From positions 1-31,439 of the forward strand of contig CAZAPD010000066.1 of NCBI GenBank assembly GCA_964487115.1: a stretch of DNA of 31,439 nucleotides, given 5' to 3'. The translations under genes were made by a program, and so were the position numbers. Below are positions 17,620-27,197 of the stretch, one piece after another (position 1 is the first letter of the stretch; every line of letters starts with the position of its first letter). The notes under the pieces are model-generated. The model had not been told where the DNA came from. It searched no databases and saw only the letters and a list, made by a program, of their open reading frames with translations. Origin of the DNA: an uncultured Thermococci archaeon (GTDB taxonomy: Archaea; Methanobacteriota_B; Thermococci; Thermococcales; Thermococcaceae).

Positions 17620-18357
17620 ATGGGCAGGATCATATCCATTGCATCCGGGAAGGGTGGAACAGGTAAAACAACAACCACTGCAAATCTCGCCGTTGCTCTT
17701 GGCATGAAAGGACAAAGTGTGTGTGCTATTGATGCCGATCTAACAATGGCAAATCTGAGTCTTGTGATGGGAATTGATGATGCCGATGTTACTATTCACG
17801 ATGTCCTTGCAGGAGAGGCAGATATAAGGGATGCAATATACTCAACCTCATATGAAAACGTGGCTCTTATCCCGGCGGCTGTTGACTGGGAGCATGTTAT
17901 GAAGGCAGATCCTCGAAAGTTACCTGAGATAATAAAATCGCTGAAAAATAACTTTGATTTCATACTTATAGATTGTCCAGCAGGTTTGCAGATGGATGCT
18001 ATGAACGCAATGCTTAGCGGTGAAGAGGTTATTCTCGTAACAAATCCTGAGATATCATGCATAACAGATACCATGAAAGTTGGCATAATTTTAAGAAAAG
18101 CCGGATTGGTTGTTTTAGGCTTTGTTTTTAATAGATACGGAAGGAGCAAGAATGATATTCCACCCGATGCCGCGGAGGAGGTTATGGAAGTTCCTCTTTT
18201 AGCAGTTATTCCAGAGGATCCAGCGGTGAGAGAAGCTACACTCGAAGGTACTCCTGTTGTAGAATATAAACCCCAATCACCCGGAGCCCAAGCATATGTT
18301 AAACTGGCTGAACAGATAATAAGAATTGCAGGATGGAAAGCCAGAGTAATGTATTGA
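17620..18357 (+). CDS. minD: Archaeal MinD/ParA family ATPase
   Basis: Deviant Walker A SGKGGTGKTT, DADLTMANL, DCPAGL, IPEDP. Confidence 0.92.
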   Translation: MGRIISIASGKGGTGKTTTTANLAVALGMKGQSVCAIDADLTMANLSLVMGIDDADVTIHDVLAGEADIRDAIYSTSYENVALIPAAVDWEHVMKADPRKLPEIIKSLKNNFDFILIDCPAGLQMDAMNAMLSGEEVILVTNPEISCITDTMKVGIILRKAGLVVLGFVFNRYGRSKNDIPPDAAEEVMEVPLLAVIPEDPAVREATLEGTPVVEYKPQSPGAQAYVKLAEQIIRIAGWKARVMY

Positions 18358-18478
18358 TTTCTTTTTGAGATAATTTTTTAAGTGCAATTCATGTTTTTAG
18401 AGAGCATATAAAAACTCATCCAAGGAGAAATAGATAATGCTTTTCAGCTGTTAATATAAGAAGTCCGTGGTGAGGAAA

Positions 18479-19927
18479 TTGTGCTTAATAGCGGGTGGAA
18501 TAGGGTCAGATTTGAAGTCAAAGTTTGTTAAAATGATACATGCAGGAAAACACCGAGGTAAAGATTCCTTTGGTGTTTGGACTAATGGAGGAGTTCTGAG
18601 AAGTGATGATTTTGATAAAATTCCTGAAATACCTGAGGGCAGGATAGGTCTTATACAGTGCAGACTTGCCATTGTAGGATCATTGACTCATACCCAGCCC
18701 TTCGCGAATGAAATTTCTTTGGTTCATAACGGGGAGGTATACAACCACATTCTTTTAAGAGAGTATCTTCACAAACAGGGAATACGTTTTGAAAGTGATG
18801 TTGATAGTGAGGTAATACTCCGTTTAATTGAATATTTCTTAGAAAAGAACCTTCCCATTCCAGCTATCATCAGGAAAATTATGTTTATGGTGAATGGGGA
18901 TTATGCTGTAGCTTTTTCAGACAGGGAGGGGAAGAAGATATATCTTTTCAGGGATCCTGTTGGGATAAGGCCATTGTATTATTCACCCAGGGGATTTTTT
19001 GCTTCGGAGAAGAAGGTTCTCTGGAGCATTGGAGAGGAAGCATACCCTGTTAAGCCCGGCTATTTGGTTGAAATATCAGAGAAAGGAATTAGGAGCACGC
19101 AAATATTCAGCTTAAGTGAGTTAAGAGGAAGAAACTTTGAGTTTCAAAAAGCTGAAGCTTCATTGAGTAATATGTTAGATTACGCCATAAAATTGAGATC
19201 TACTAAAAACGTGGGAGTTCTCTTTTCTGGAGGACTTGATAGTGCGCTTTTAGCTTTATTGGCCTCCAAGTATTCCAATGTCGTTCTCTACACTGCAGGG
19301 GCGGAAGGAAGCTCTGATTTAGAATGGGCAAGGAAAGTGAGCGAAAAACTTGGGTTAAAACTGAGAGAGTTTGTGTTTGATATAGAGGATGTTGAAGAAG
19401 CGGTAAAAAGGGTGATATATGCCATAGAAGAGCCGGATGCCATGAATTTAGCGATAGGGATCCCGCTATACTTTGCTACAAAAGCCGCCTCTGAAGATGG
19501 GATTAAGGTTCTTTTGAGCGGTCAGGGGGCTGATGAGCTTTTCGGGGGATACCATAAATATCTCAAAGACCCCTCACTGATGTATGAAGACTTGGTTAAC
19601 TTGGGTGAAAGAAACCTGGTTAGAGATGACAAGGTGGCAATGTTTAATAGTGTAGAAGGGCGTTTTCCTTTCTTGGATTTAAACATAATCAGGATTGCTC
19701 TGAGGACACCTCTTAGGTATAAAATCCATGGTAATATAAGAAAGTATCTTCTAAGAAAGGTGGCACTTAAACTTGGACTTCCAAAGGAAGTAGCACTAAG
19801 GGATAAAAAAGCATGTCAATATGGTACAAATTCCCAGAAACTGCTAAAAAAGATTGCAAAAAAGCAGGGCATGAGGCTCTCATCTTATGTTAAGACGCTC
19901 TTTAAAGAGGTGTTTAAACAAAACTAA
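18479..19927 (+). CDS. asnB: Asparagine synthetase (glutamine-hydrolysing) family protein
   Basis: Ntn domain starting MCLIAG with HRGKD, HNGEVYN and DSEV; synthetase motifs SGGLDS and SGQGADELFGGY. TTG start inferred. Confidence 0.88.
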   Translation: MCLIAGGIGSDLKSKFVKMIHAGKHRGKDSFGVWTNGGVLRSDDFDKIPEIPEGRIGLIQCRLAIVGSLTHTQPFANEISLVHNGEVYNHILLREYLHKQGIRFESDVDSEVILRLIEYFLEKNLPIPAIIRKIMFMVNGDYAVAFSDREGKKIYLFRDPVGIRPLYYSPRGFFASEKKVLWSIGEEAYPVKPGYLVEISEKGIRSTQIFSLSELRGRNFEFQKAEASLSNMLDYAIKLRSTKNVGVLFSGGLDSALLALLASKYSNVVLYTAGAEGSSDLEWARKVSEKLGLKLREFVFDIEDVEEAVKRVIYAIEEPDAMNLAIGIPLYFATKAASEDGIKVLLSGQGADELFGGYHKYLKDPSLMYEDLVNLGERNLVRDDKVAMFNSVEGRFPFLDLNIIRIALRTPLRYKIHGNIRKYLLRKVALKLGLPKEVALRDKKACQYGTNSQKLLKKIAKKQGMRLSSYVKTLFKEVFKQN

Positions 19928-20059
19928 ACGTTCTGAAACGTTCTTTAACTTTTGGAAAGTTCAGACTATATCTTATTCCCCAAATGCTAACAGAACAAAA
20001 CGATTTCGTGAAAAAGGCTTAAATATAGGTTTCCCACTACTTATCTCGGGTGAAAAATA

Positions 20060-21220
20060 ATGGAAATCAAAAAAGGATTGGTTTTAACATGCATTTTCAT
20101 TCTCATTGTAAGTTTAACCAATACAAATTATGTGCATGCAGAAGGTGTGAATATTGTGATTCTTGTGAGTGATAACGAGGCGGACTCAGCAGTTGCCATG
20201 AGTATTGCATCCCTTTTGAATGTGAGTGTTGTTGTTACCCCATGGGGTATATACAATCCCAATGTCACGGCTGAAATAATAAAACAGATGCCGGATAAAG
20301 TCATAATAATCGGCGGTCCTGTTGCTGTTCCTGTTGAGTATGAACAGGATTTAGATAATCTTGGGATACCCTATGAAAGGTGGTATGGCGAAGATAGGTA
20401 TTCAACTAACATACGTGTTCTTGAAAATGCGGAGGATGAATTTCCAGGAATATTCAATAATGTCGAGGTTCTCATAATTAACGGACGTGATCAAGGGGCA
20501 ATAGAGACAATAAAGAAGCTGGAACTTAAGAATATAGTCCCGATATTTGTGGATAATGGACTTGAGAATCAAACGGAGGTTATAGGACATTTAATCAAAC
20601 CAAGAAAAGTTGTACTCGTTAAAAGCCCCCTTTTGACACAGGAGATGTCTGTGGTACTGCAACAAATGATTGAAAGGAATGGTATAACCATATCTCAGAT
20701 TACTGTTGAAGCTAACAGGGAATTGTGTCTTGGGGTTATAGCCAATACACAATCCATTTTAGAACTTGCCAAAACTACACTCGATGATTTAAAGATTCCC
20801 GGTGCAAAGAATATGCTTAAACTGGCCAATAAAGAACTTCAAAAATCAAAAGAGGAGTACAACAGAGGAAACTATGTGCTGGCATATAGGTATGCTATAT
20901 ACGCCCGGAATCATGCGGATGTTGTTATATTCTTGGCTGGTAGAGAGAAAAATAAAATACTACACGGTCTCCCAAATGTAGCTCTTGAACATGATATTTT
21001 AAGGCTACAGATTCAGATACAGGCCTTAGCTAATTCCGGAGCCGACGTTAGTGAAGTTCAGAAATTAATTCAACAAGCTGAGGATTATTTGCAAAAAGGG
21101 GACTTGGAGTCAGCTTTTGATATTGTTCAAGTTATCAAAGAAAAATTAAAGAACTTATTTGTTAATGAAAAGAGCAAGAATAAACATGAACCGGATCACT
21201 CAAGAGGCAGAAGACATTGA
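20060..21220 (+). CDS. Secreted protein with a cell-wall-binding-repeat-2-like N-terminal domain and helical C-terminus
   Basis: Signal peptide ending VHA; VIIIGGPVAVP...WYGEDRYSTN motif; GGGTGA RBS. Confidence 0.75.
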   Translation: MEIKKGLVLTCIFILIVSLTNTNYVHAEGVNIVILVSDNEADSAVAMSIASLLNVSVVVTPWGIYNPNVTAEIIKQMPDKVIIIGGPVAVPVEYEQDLDNLGIPYERWYGEDRYSTNIRVLENAEDEFPGIFNNVEVLIINGRDQGAIETIKKLELKNIVPIFVDNGLENQTEVIGHLIKPRKVVLVKSPLLTQEMSVVLQQMIERNGITISQITVEANRELCLGVIANTQSILELAKTTLDDLKIPGAKNMLKLANKELQKSKEEYNRGNYVLAYRYAIYARNHADVVIFLAGREKNKILHGLPNVALEHDILRLQIQIQALANSGADVSEVQKLIQQAEDYLQKGDLESAFDIVQVIKEKLKNLFVNEKSKNKHEPDHSRGRRH

Positions 21221-21301
21221 ATAACGCAGATATTGTCGCCTCGTGGCATTATATCGAAAGCAAAGACTTTTATTTTGTTTATCTATTTCTTCTTGATAGC
21301 T

Positions 21302-22333
21302 ATGAAAATACTGATGGTTGGACATTATCCCCCTCATGGCGGTGGAATTGCAAATCATCTTGATAATCTTGTCAGGGAACTAAGGGAAAGACATGAAGTA
21401 TATATTCTAACATACGGTCCTATAAAACCCCGGGATTTTGAGAGGAGATTCGTTTATCAGGTTAGAGTACCTAAAATAATGGGAATTAGGGGCATAAGTT
21501 TTTCCATATTAGCAGCAAAAAAAATTGTAGAACTCCACGAAAAATTTAGATTCGATATAATCCATGCCCATTTTGTTGGAACAACAAGTTATGCTGGAGT
21601 CCTTGCAAGGAAGAAGATAAGAGTGCCACTTGTGGTAACAGCACATGGAAGCGATTTGGATTTTATGTCAAAATTACCTCTGGGAAGATATTTTGTAAAA
21701 AGAAGCTTAATACAGGCTGATGCGGTTATAACAGTTAGTCATTATTTAGCAAAAAAAGCACTATATCTCGGAGCTGAAGATGTATATATCATCCCTAATG
21801 GTATAAAACTTCTAAAGTCCCACAATCTAAAAAAGGAGTTTATAACATTTATTGGGTCGTTAAGAGAATATAAGGACCCTGCAATCCTAATTCAACTTGC
21901 CAGAATTTTTCCAGCTGAGAATTTCCTTATTGTCGGTGAAGGTCCCCTCAGGAGGAGATTAGAGAAAAATTCACCTCCAAATGTGAGATTTTTGGGATAT
22001 AGAACGGATATTGACAGGATACTCTCCCAGACTAAAATACTAATCCTTCCTTCAAAGAGGGAGGGATTTGGCCTTGTTGTAATTGAGGCAAATTCTCTTA
22101 AGGTTCCGGTAATAGGTAGGAACATCGGAGGTATTCCAGAGCTTATACGGAATAAAAAGAATGGGATTCTCTTTGAAAACTTTGAGGATCTTGTGGAGGC
22201 TTTAAGATCATTACTCGAAAAAAAAGAGGCTCGTAGAATGGGGCATGTTGGTTTTAAAATCTCAAAGAGATATCAATGGAAAAAGATTTCTAATGAGATC
22301 GAAGGAATATACATTAAATTACGCTCTCCTTAA
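21302..22333 (+). CDS. Glycosyltransferase family 4 (GT-B fold)
   Basis: MKILMVGHYPPHGGG, DIIHAH, TAHGSD, IPNG, EGFGLVVIEA, GGIPE. Confidence 0.92.
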   Translation: MKILMVGHYPPHGGGIANHLDNLVRELRERHEVYILTYGPIKPRDFERRFVYQVRVPKIMGIRGISFSILAAKKIVELHEKFRFDIIHAHFVGTTSYAGVLARKKIRVPLVVTAHGSDLDFMSKLPLGRYFVKRSLIQADAVITVSHYLAKKALYLGAEDVYIIPNGIKLLKSHNLKKEFITFIGSLREYKDPAILIQLARIFPAENFLIVGEGPLRRRLEKNSPPNVRFLGYRTDIDRILSQTKILILPSKREGFGLVVIEANSLKVPVIGRNIGGIPELIRNKKNGILFENFEDLVEALRSLLEKKEARRMGHVGFKISKRYQWKKISNEIEGIYIKLRSP

Positions 22334-22634
22334 TTTCCCTCATTTTGTTAATCAATGTTGAAAGCTCGTCAAGGGTTATCTCATTTACAAGAAGCCTGCC
22401 TTGATAGCTGGTGGAGAATCTTACTATCCTGGTCTCTTTATTTAGGACATATTCCACGAGGAGATTCAGCTTATCACAGACATCGAGGAATTCTTCTGTT
22501 GATCTAACCCTAATTATCGGTAATTCTTTTTCAAAATTCTCCTCAACCTCAAGAAATGGGGCGTTTTTAAATAATCTTTTTAACTCTCTAATCGAGAATT
22601 GAAACAGATACTCATCTTCCTTAAACATAGCCAT
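22314..22634 (-). CDS. Hypothetical protein
   Basis: 106-aa ORF filling the gap between the GT4 gene and sua5, with typical composition and a 20-bp convergent overlap. Confidence 0.7.
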   Translation of the reverse strand: MAMFKEDEYLFQFSIRELKRLFKNAPFLEVEENFEKELPIIRVRSTEEFLDVCDKLNLLVEYVLNKETRIVRFSTSYQGRLLVNEITLDELSTLINKMREIKESVI

Positions 22635-22683
22635 TCACGATTAAATTAATGATGTTTATATTCATAAATGTTGAGGTGAGAAC

Positions 22684-23709
22684 ATGACAATAATCATCAA
22701 CATGAGAGGGATACAATATAAAAAAATCAAAATAGCAGCAAGATTCATAAGAGAGGGAAAACTCGTTGCATTTCCCACTGAAACGGTATATGGTTTAGGA
22801 GCTGATGCATTGAATGAGAAGGCCGTGAAAAAGATATTTCAGGCTAAAGGGAGGCCCCCTGACAATCCATTGATAGTCCATATAGCCAACTTTGAACAGC
22901 TTTATGATCTCGCCAGCTCAATTCCTAAAGAAGCAGAGATACTCGCCAAGAAATTCTGGCCGGGTCCATTAACTTTTGTCCTCCCAAAGAAAGATAGCGT
23001 TCCTTTAATAACAACTGGTGGGTTAGATACTGTTGCGGTTAGAATGCCTGCAAATGAAATTGCTCTCTCATTAATAAAACTCAGCGAGAGACCAATAGCC
23101 GCTCCTTCGGCTAATATAAGTGGAAAACCAAGCCCTACTTCCGCTGAGCATGTTATAGATGATTTTTACGGAAAGATTGAATGTATAATAGATGGAGGAG
23201 AAACCAAAATTGGCGTTGAATCAACGGTGCTCGATCTCACATTAAAACCCCCAATGCTTCTGAGACCCGGAGGATTGCCGCTTGAAGAAATAGAGAGGGT
23301 TATTGGGAGGATTAGGGTACATCCATCAGTTAAAGGACACATAGTTGATATTGCACGAGCACCCGGAATGAAATACAGGCATTATGCCCCAGATGCTCAA
23401 GTTATTGTAATTGAAGGCAGAAAAGATAAAGTTCATGAAAAGATAGTGGAGTTGATACAGGATTATCATCGTAAAGGGCTTAAAGTTGGCGTCATGAGTA
23501 CCGGGGGATTTTATGAAGCGGATGTTTGCATAGATCTCGGTCGAAACAGTGAAGAGGTTGCCAGAAATCTCTTTAAAGCCCTCAGAGAGCTGGATAAAGA
23601 AGGTGTGGATGTAATACTTGCTGAGGGAGTTGAGGAAAGGGGATTGGGTTTAGCAGTTATGAACAGACTCAAAAAAGCCGCTGGACACAGAACGATAATA
23701 CTTAAATAA
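22684..23709 (+). CDS. sua5: Threonylcarbamoyl-AMP synthase Sua5
   Basis: VAFPTETVYGLGA, KGRPPDNPLIVH, APSANISG, PGMKYRHYAP and a C-terminal SUA5 domain. Confidence 0.96.
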   Translation: MTIIINMRGIQYKKIKIAARFIREGKLVAFPTETVYGLGADALNEKAVKKIFQAKGRPPDNPLIVHIANFEQLYDLASSIPKEAEILAKKFWPGPLTFVLPKKDSVPLITTGGLDTVAVRMPANEIALSLIKLSERPIAAPSANISGKPSPTSAEHVIDDFYGKIECIIDGGETKIGVESTVLDLTLKPPMLLRPGGLPLEEIERVIGRIRVHPSVKGHIVDIARAPGMKYRHYAPDAQVIVIEGRKDKVHEKIVELIQDYHRKGLKVGVMSTGGFYEADVCIDLGRNSEEVARNLFKALRELDKEGVDVILAEGVEERGLGLAVMNRLKKAAGHRTIILK

Positions 23710-23785
23710 TCTTTAACGAAATAAAAACTACTTTAAAGTTTGGTATGAAATTAGTCGTCGTCTGAAATAACAAGAGGTGAGAAAT

Positions 23786-24970
23786 TTGGTACTCTTGGGG
23801 ACAGAAGCCCCAGAAGATCTTGAACAGATGGGATTTAGAAGGATTACTAATGGCAAGATCGGAGAGGGCCTAAAAGCTTTACTTCGAGCTGCTAAAGCCT
23901 ATGAATCGAAAGGCTATCTTTTAGATTCTGCAAGGATATATAAGTATATTGGAATGTTCATGCTAAACAGAACAGGATCTATAGAAAAGTCCCGTCCACC
24001 CCTTCTCAGGAGTGCATACTTGTATGTTCAACTAATATCAAGGGAAATTGAGAAGGAAGAGGTTAATCTTGACAGGCTGGAAGAGTTTTGCATGAATGTT
24101 CTTGAGATATTCTCTGCCATTGAAGATTCCCAGAGTATCCAAAAATACGCTAAAGAATTTGCTAACATGTATGAAGACTTAGGAGATGCATATTACAATG
24201 CAGATGATTTTTTAGCGGCTATTAAAGTCTATGAGGCTGCTCTGCGGCATTACAGAATTATAGATGATAAAGAAGGCGTTCGCCTTATATCAGAAAAACT
24301 CGTTACCTTGTACGGGAAAATAGCTGAGGAAAAGCTTGAGAAAAATGATAATATTGGTGCCGCAGATATTTTCTTTAAGGTAGCATTTTTTATCAAGGAT
24401 CTCTTCGGATATGACATACATTTCATGGAAATGATGGATACAGCAGGAAAGAACTATGAGAAAGCTAGTAAACTGAGCTATGCAGAAGGTGACCTTGACA
24501 AGACGACAGAACTTTTAGTAAAGGCTCAATATGCCTATCTCTTAGGCCGTAATTTCAACCGGGCAAAGCTCATAGGGTTAAATGTGAGTCGGATGTTGTA
24601 CCAAGTAATAGGGACATATAAATCTATAAATGAGCTTGAAACAGCAGCTAAAAAATCTATGGAGCTTGTGAAGGCATTGATAGCCCTTGGAAAATTCGAA
24701 AATGCAATCGAAGTATATAAAAATGTTCTTGAACTGTCTGCAAAATTGGAATACAAAGTTGAAATTAGAAAATCAATACTGGAGTATCTTGCTGCATTAA
24801 AAAGCGATGTTTATATTCTTGGAATTCTTGAGAGTGTTGAGTTTTACATCAAAAAGAAAAAATATAATGAGGCTCTTGAGCTTATTGAGAATGCATTTGT
24901 TAGATACAGAGAAGAACTTGGTAAAATACAAAAACTTCTCTACAGTGCTGAAGGATTGGGACGAAAATGA
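23786..24970 (+). CDS. All-helical TPR-like hypothetical protein
   Basis: Repeated helix pairs (YEDLGDAYY..DDFLAAIKVYEAAL, LGKFENAIEVYKNVLEL). Start placed at TTG after a GAGGTGA RBS; the ORF track start is GTG 23777. Confidence 0.75.
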   Translation: MVLLGTEAPEDLEQMGFRRITNGKIGEGLKALLRAAKAYESKGYLLDSARIYKYIGMFMLNRTGSIEKSRPPLLRSAYLYVQLISREIEKEEVNLDRLEEFCMNVLEIFSAIEDSQSIQKYAKEFANMYEDLGDAYYNADDFLAAIKVYEAALRHYRIIDDKEGVRLISEKLVTLYGKIAEEKLEKNDNIGAADIFFKVAFFIKDLFGYDIHFMEMMDTAGKNYEKASKLSYAEGDLDKTTELLVKAQYAYLLGRNFNRAKLIGLNVSRMLYQVIGTYKSINELETAAKKSMELVKALIALGKFENAIEVYKNVLELSAKLEYKVEIRKSILEYLAALKSDVYILGILESVEFYIKKKKYNEALELIENAFVRYREELGKIQKLLYSAEGLGRK

Positions 24971-25030
24971 ATCTGTTAAGATATAAATAGCAATGTAAAA
25001 ATAAACAGTGGAAGATAATTACTAAAACAA

Positions 25031-25459
25031 TTATGGTGAACCCGGGGTCACCTGAACCCTCGGAAGAGGCACATGATAGGGAAGCCTCATTTCCTTGGCT
25101 ATTGCCATCATCAGAGGGGTTATCTCGTGAGTTATTGAATTTACAACCTCGGCAAACATCAATGGGTCCATCTTCTTCTCCTTTTCCCATACATCAAGGA
25201 GTGCATCTATTTTGTCTCTCTGAGGAGGCACATAGAATACTTCACCTGTAATTACTGCTCGAGCTATTTCTGGATTATATCGTATATTATATTCAAAGAG
25301 AATTTCTATACCGTTTATTTTTCCTGTTGGAGTTTTCAGTTCCCCAAGTCGCATTTCTTTAATCTTTGGAGAGAGGTTAACCTCAATTTTACCGCCTACC
25401 GCCCCAGAGGCTGTCTTTTCAAATTCGATTTTTTTTATGTTCATTCCAAGTATTGACAT
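25031..25459 (-). CDS. Conserved archaeal hypothetical protein, possibly SecB-like fold
   Basis: 142-aa ORF with a GGTGGTGA RBS. Four predicted beta strands, then helices, ending in LPYHVPLP. Confidence 0.75.
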   Translation of the reverse strand: MSILGMNIKKIEFEKTASGAVGGKIEVNLSPKIKEMRLGELKTPTGKINGIEILFEYNIRYNPEIARAVITGEVFYVPPQRDKIDALLDVWEKEKKMDPLMFAEVVNSITHEITPLMMAIAKEMRLPYHVPLPRVQVTPGSP

Positions 25460-25532
25460 TTCATTTCACCACCTCTTTTTCTACTTTAATCTCCATCCGT
25501 AGAGCTTTAAACTTTTGGGCTTAATTTCTTCC

Positions 25533-26237
25533 ATGCCAAGGGAAAAAGTCGTCAGGATATGGGATGAGAGGGAAGTGATATATACCCCGAAGAGATGGTG
25601 CCACCTCTGGGGGAAGAGGGAGAAAGCACTCAGCATAATGGAGCGTCTTGAACAGTTTGACCCTCAGCTCTATGGTAGCGTTGCAAGGGGAGATGTAAGG
25701 AGTGATAGCGACATAGACATTTTTATCCCCTACAAAGTGCCCAGCTACCTCATCGAGCTCGCTCTTGAAGGGTTGGTGAGCAAAAGGAGGATAGTGATGG
25801 CGACACCATGGCACCTCATTAAGGGTGTTATTGAGATAGACGAGGAGACCACCGTCACCTTTCCGTTAATCGATCCCACAGATAGAGAGCTGGAGTTCTA
25901 CAAGTGGGGCGGAATGATAGATCTTTGGGAGGTAAAAACTCAGCAACGCGTTCCCGGTGTTAACAAGAGGCTCATCTTGATAGTTCCAACTGAAAGAGGA
26001 CATCTTGAGCGAGAAGTCGTTGGAAGGGAAAGTGAAGTAGCAAAGGTTTTAGGCGTTAGTATCGGTATCGTAGAGGAGCGTGTTAAAATCCTCACGAGGA
26101 GGGACAGTATAGGTAGAACCGGAATCTACATCAATGAGGAAGTTCCTGAGTGGATGAGCTTTGAAGAGGCTTTGAAACTCATAGCAGACCGTGATCCGAA
26201 CGTCAGGAGAAAGGTGAAGGAAGCAGGAGGGATTTAG
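25533..26237 (+). CDS. Predicted nucleotidyltransferase (Pol-beta superfamily)
   Basis: LYGSVARGDVRSDSDIDI motif; VPGVNKRL and GRTG in the C-terminal half. TTTAAA about 22 nt upstream of ATG 25533. Confidence 0.88.
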   Translation: MPREKVVRIWDEREVIYTPKRWCHLWGKREKALSIMERLEQFDPQLYGSVARGDVRSDSDIDIFIPYKVPSYLIELALEGLVSKRRIVMATPWHLIKGVIEIDEETTVTFPLIDPTDRELEFYKWGGMIDLWEVKTQQRVPGVNKRLILIVPTERGHLEREVVGRESEVAKVLGVSIGIVEERVKILTRRDSIGRTGIYINEEVPEWMSFEEALKLIADRDPNVRRKVKEAGGI

Positions 26238-26399
26238 CCTCCCAGCCTTTCAAATATCATTGATATTTTGATCAGCAGTATATGATGAGATGACTTCATT
26301 TTCAGGTTTGCGGCAGTTCTCATTTGGGTTTGGGAGCTTTATGTACTGGGGGGCTGTTCCACCGTCTGGAAATCAACAACAAACACCATCTTACCCTCT

Positions 26400-27134
26400 T
26401 CAACCATTTACGAAACCAGCTCCTTCGAAGATCATGAGTTTATTGCCGGCAACATCTGTAACCGTGAGCTCAACCTTTCCACCCAGAATACCTGCAAGTT
26501 CATCTGCAAGTCTCTGATATGCCTTTTTCTGGTTATCTGTGAACTGATCAGCGGTTGTGGCACCGGTTAGAGCGCTAATATGATATATGTCATCCTTTTC
26601 AAGTATCAAATCCCATTCATAGTTCTGTCCCACAAGGGAGACGATATAGTCAGCGGTTTTTTGGGCTTCTTCTTTTGTTGTTCCCTCATAATAAACTCTG
26701 ACCTCTCCGGAGGCGACGTATCTGTATTTGCTCTTGGTGGAGAGGAGATCTTTTGAGTCCTGTGTGATGACGGTAACGGTTACAGGAGAGCCGTTAAAAA
26801 CATCTTGGCTTATCCTTGAAGCAAGGAGATGCAGATAAAAACGTGTTGCTGGCTCTATTTCGTCTGAACTTTTATAGGTGCTCGTTATCTTTACGATGTA
26901 GCTCTCTTCAGATTTCGTCAGGAATACATCGGTGTTGTTCTTAAAACCAAACTCGTTCTGCAGGAATAGAGCAAGATTCTTGGCAATGCTTGGAGAAACA
27001 TCTCCGGAGTAGTGAATCTTGGTGTGTCCGATTGTTACCGTTTTTTCAGTGCTGGCCTTAGGATTGCTGCTTATACACCCGCTCGCTGCTGTGATTAATG
27101 CAGCGAGAATTAAAACAGCCAGTATTTTTCTCAT
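26400..27134 (-). CDS. Putative lipoprotein with two tandem domains of about 100 aa
   Basis: MRKILAVLILAALITAASGC lipobox-like signal; AGGTGA RBS; visible internal duplication. Confidence 0.8.
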   Translation of the reverse strand: MRKILAVLILAALITAASGCISSNPKASTEKTVTIGHTKIHYSGDVSPSIAKNLALFLQNEFGFKNNTDVFLTKSEESYIVKITSTYKSSDEIEPATRFYLHLLASRISQDVFNGSPVTVTVITQDSKDLLSTKSKYRYVASGEVRVYYEGTTKEEAQKTADYIVSLVGQNYEWDLILEKDDIYHISALTGATTADQFTDNQKKAYQRLADELAGILGGKVELTVTDVAGNKLMIFEGAGFVNG

Positions 27135-27153
27135 TCGATCACCTTCCTATGAT

Positions 27154-27197
27154 GCAAAAACCATCTCACAAAATAGAAAAGCGAGACAGGTTTTTGC
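27154..27197 (-). promoter_or_regulatory. Stem-loop in the predicted 5' leader of the lipoprotein gene
   Basis: GCAAAAACC/GGUUUUUGC plus UCUCGC/GUGAGA stems with an 11-nt U-rich loop. TTTATATA box at 27229-27222. Confidence 0.5.

Noticed and set aside
25533..26237. Nucleotidyltransferase as half of an MNT-HEPN toxin-antitoxin pair
   Set aside because: At 234 aa it is much longer than a minimal MNT, and no HEPN partner is adjacent.
26238..26399. Possible eroded minus-strand gene (MVFVVDF.../DGGTAPQYIKLPNPN...) or a C/D RNA around ATGATGA near 26282
   Set aside because: No recognisable family, and no properly spaced D', C' and D boxes.
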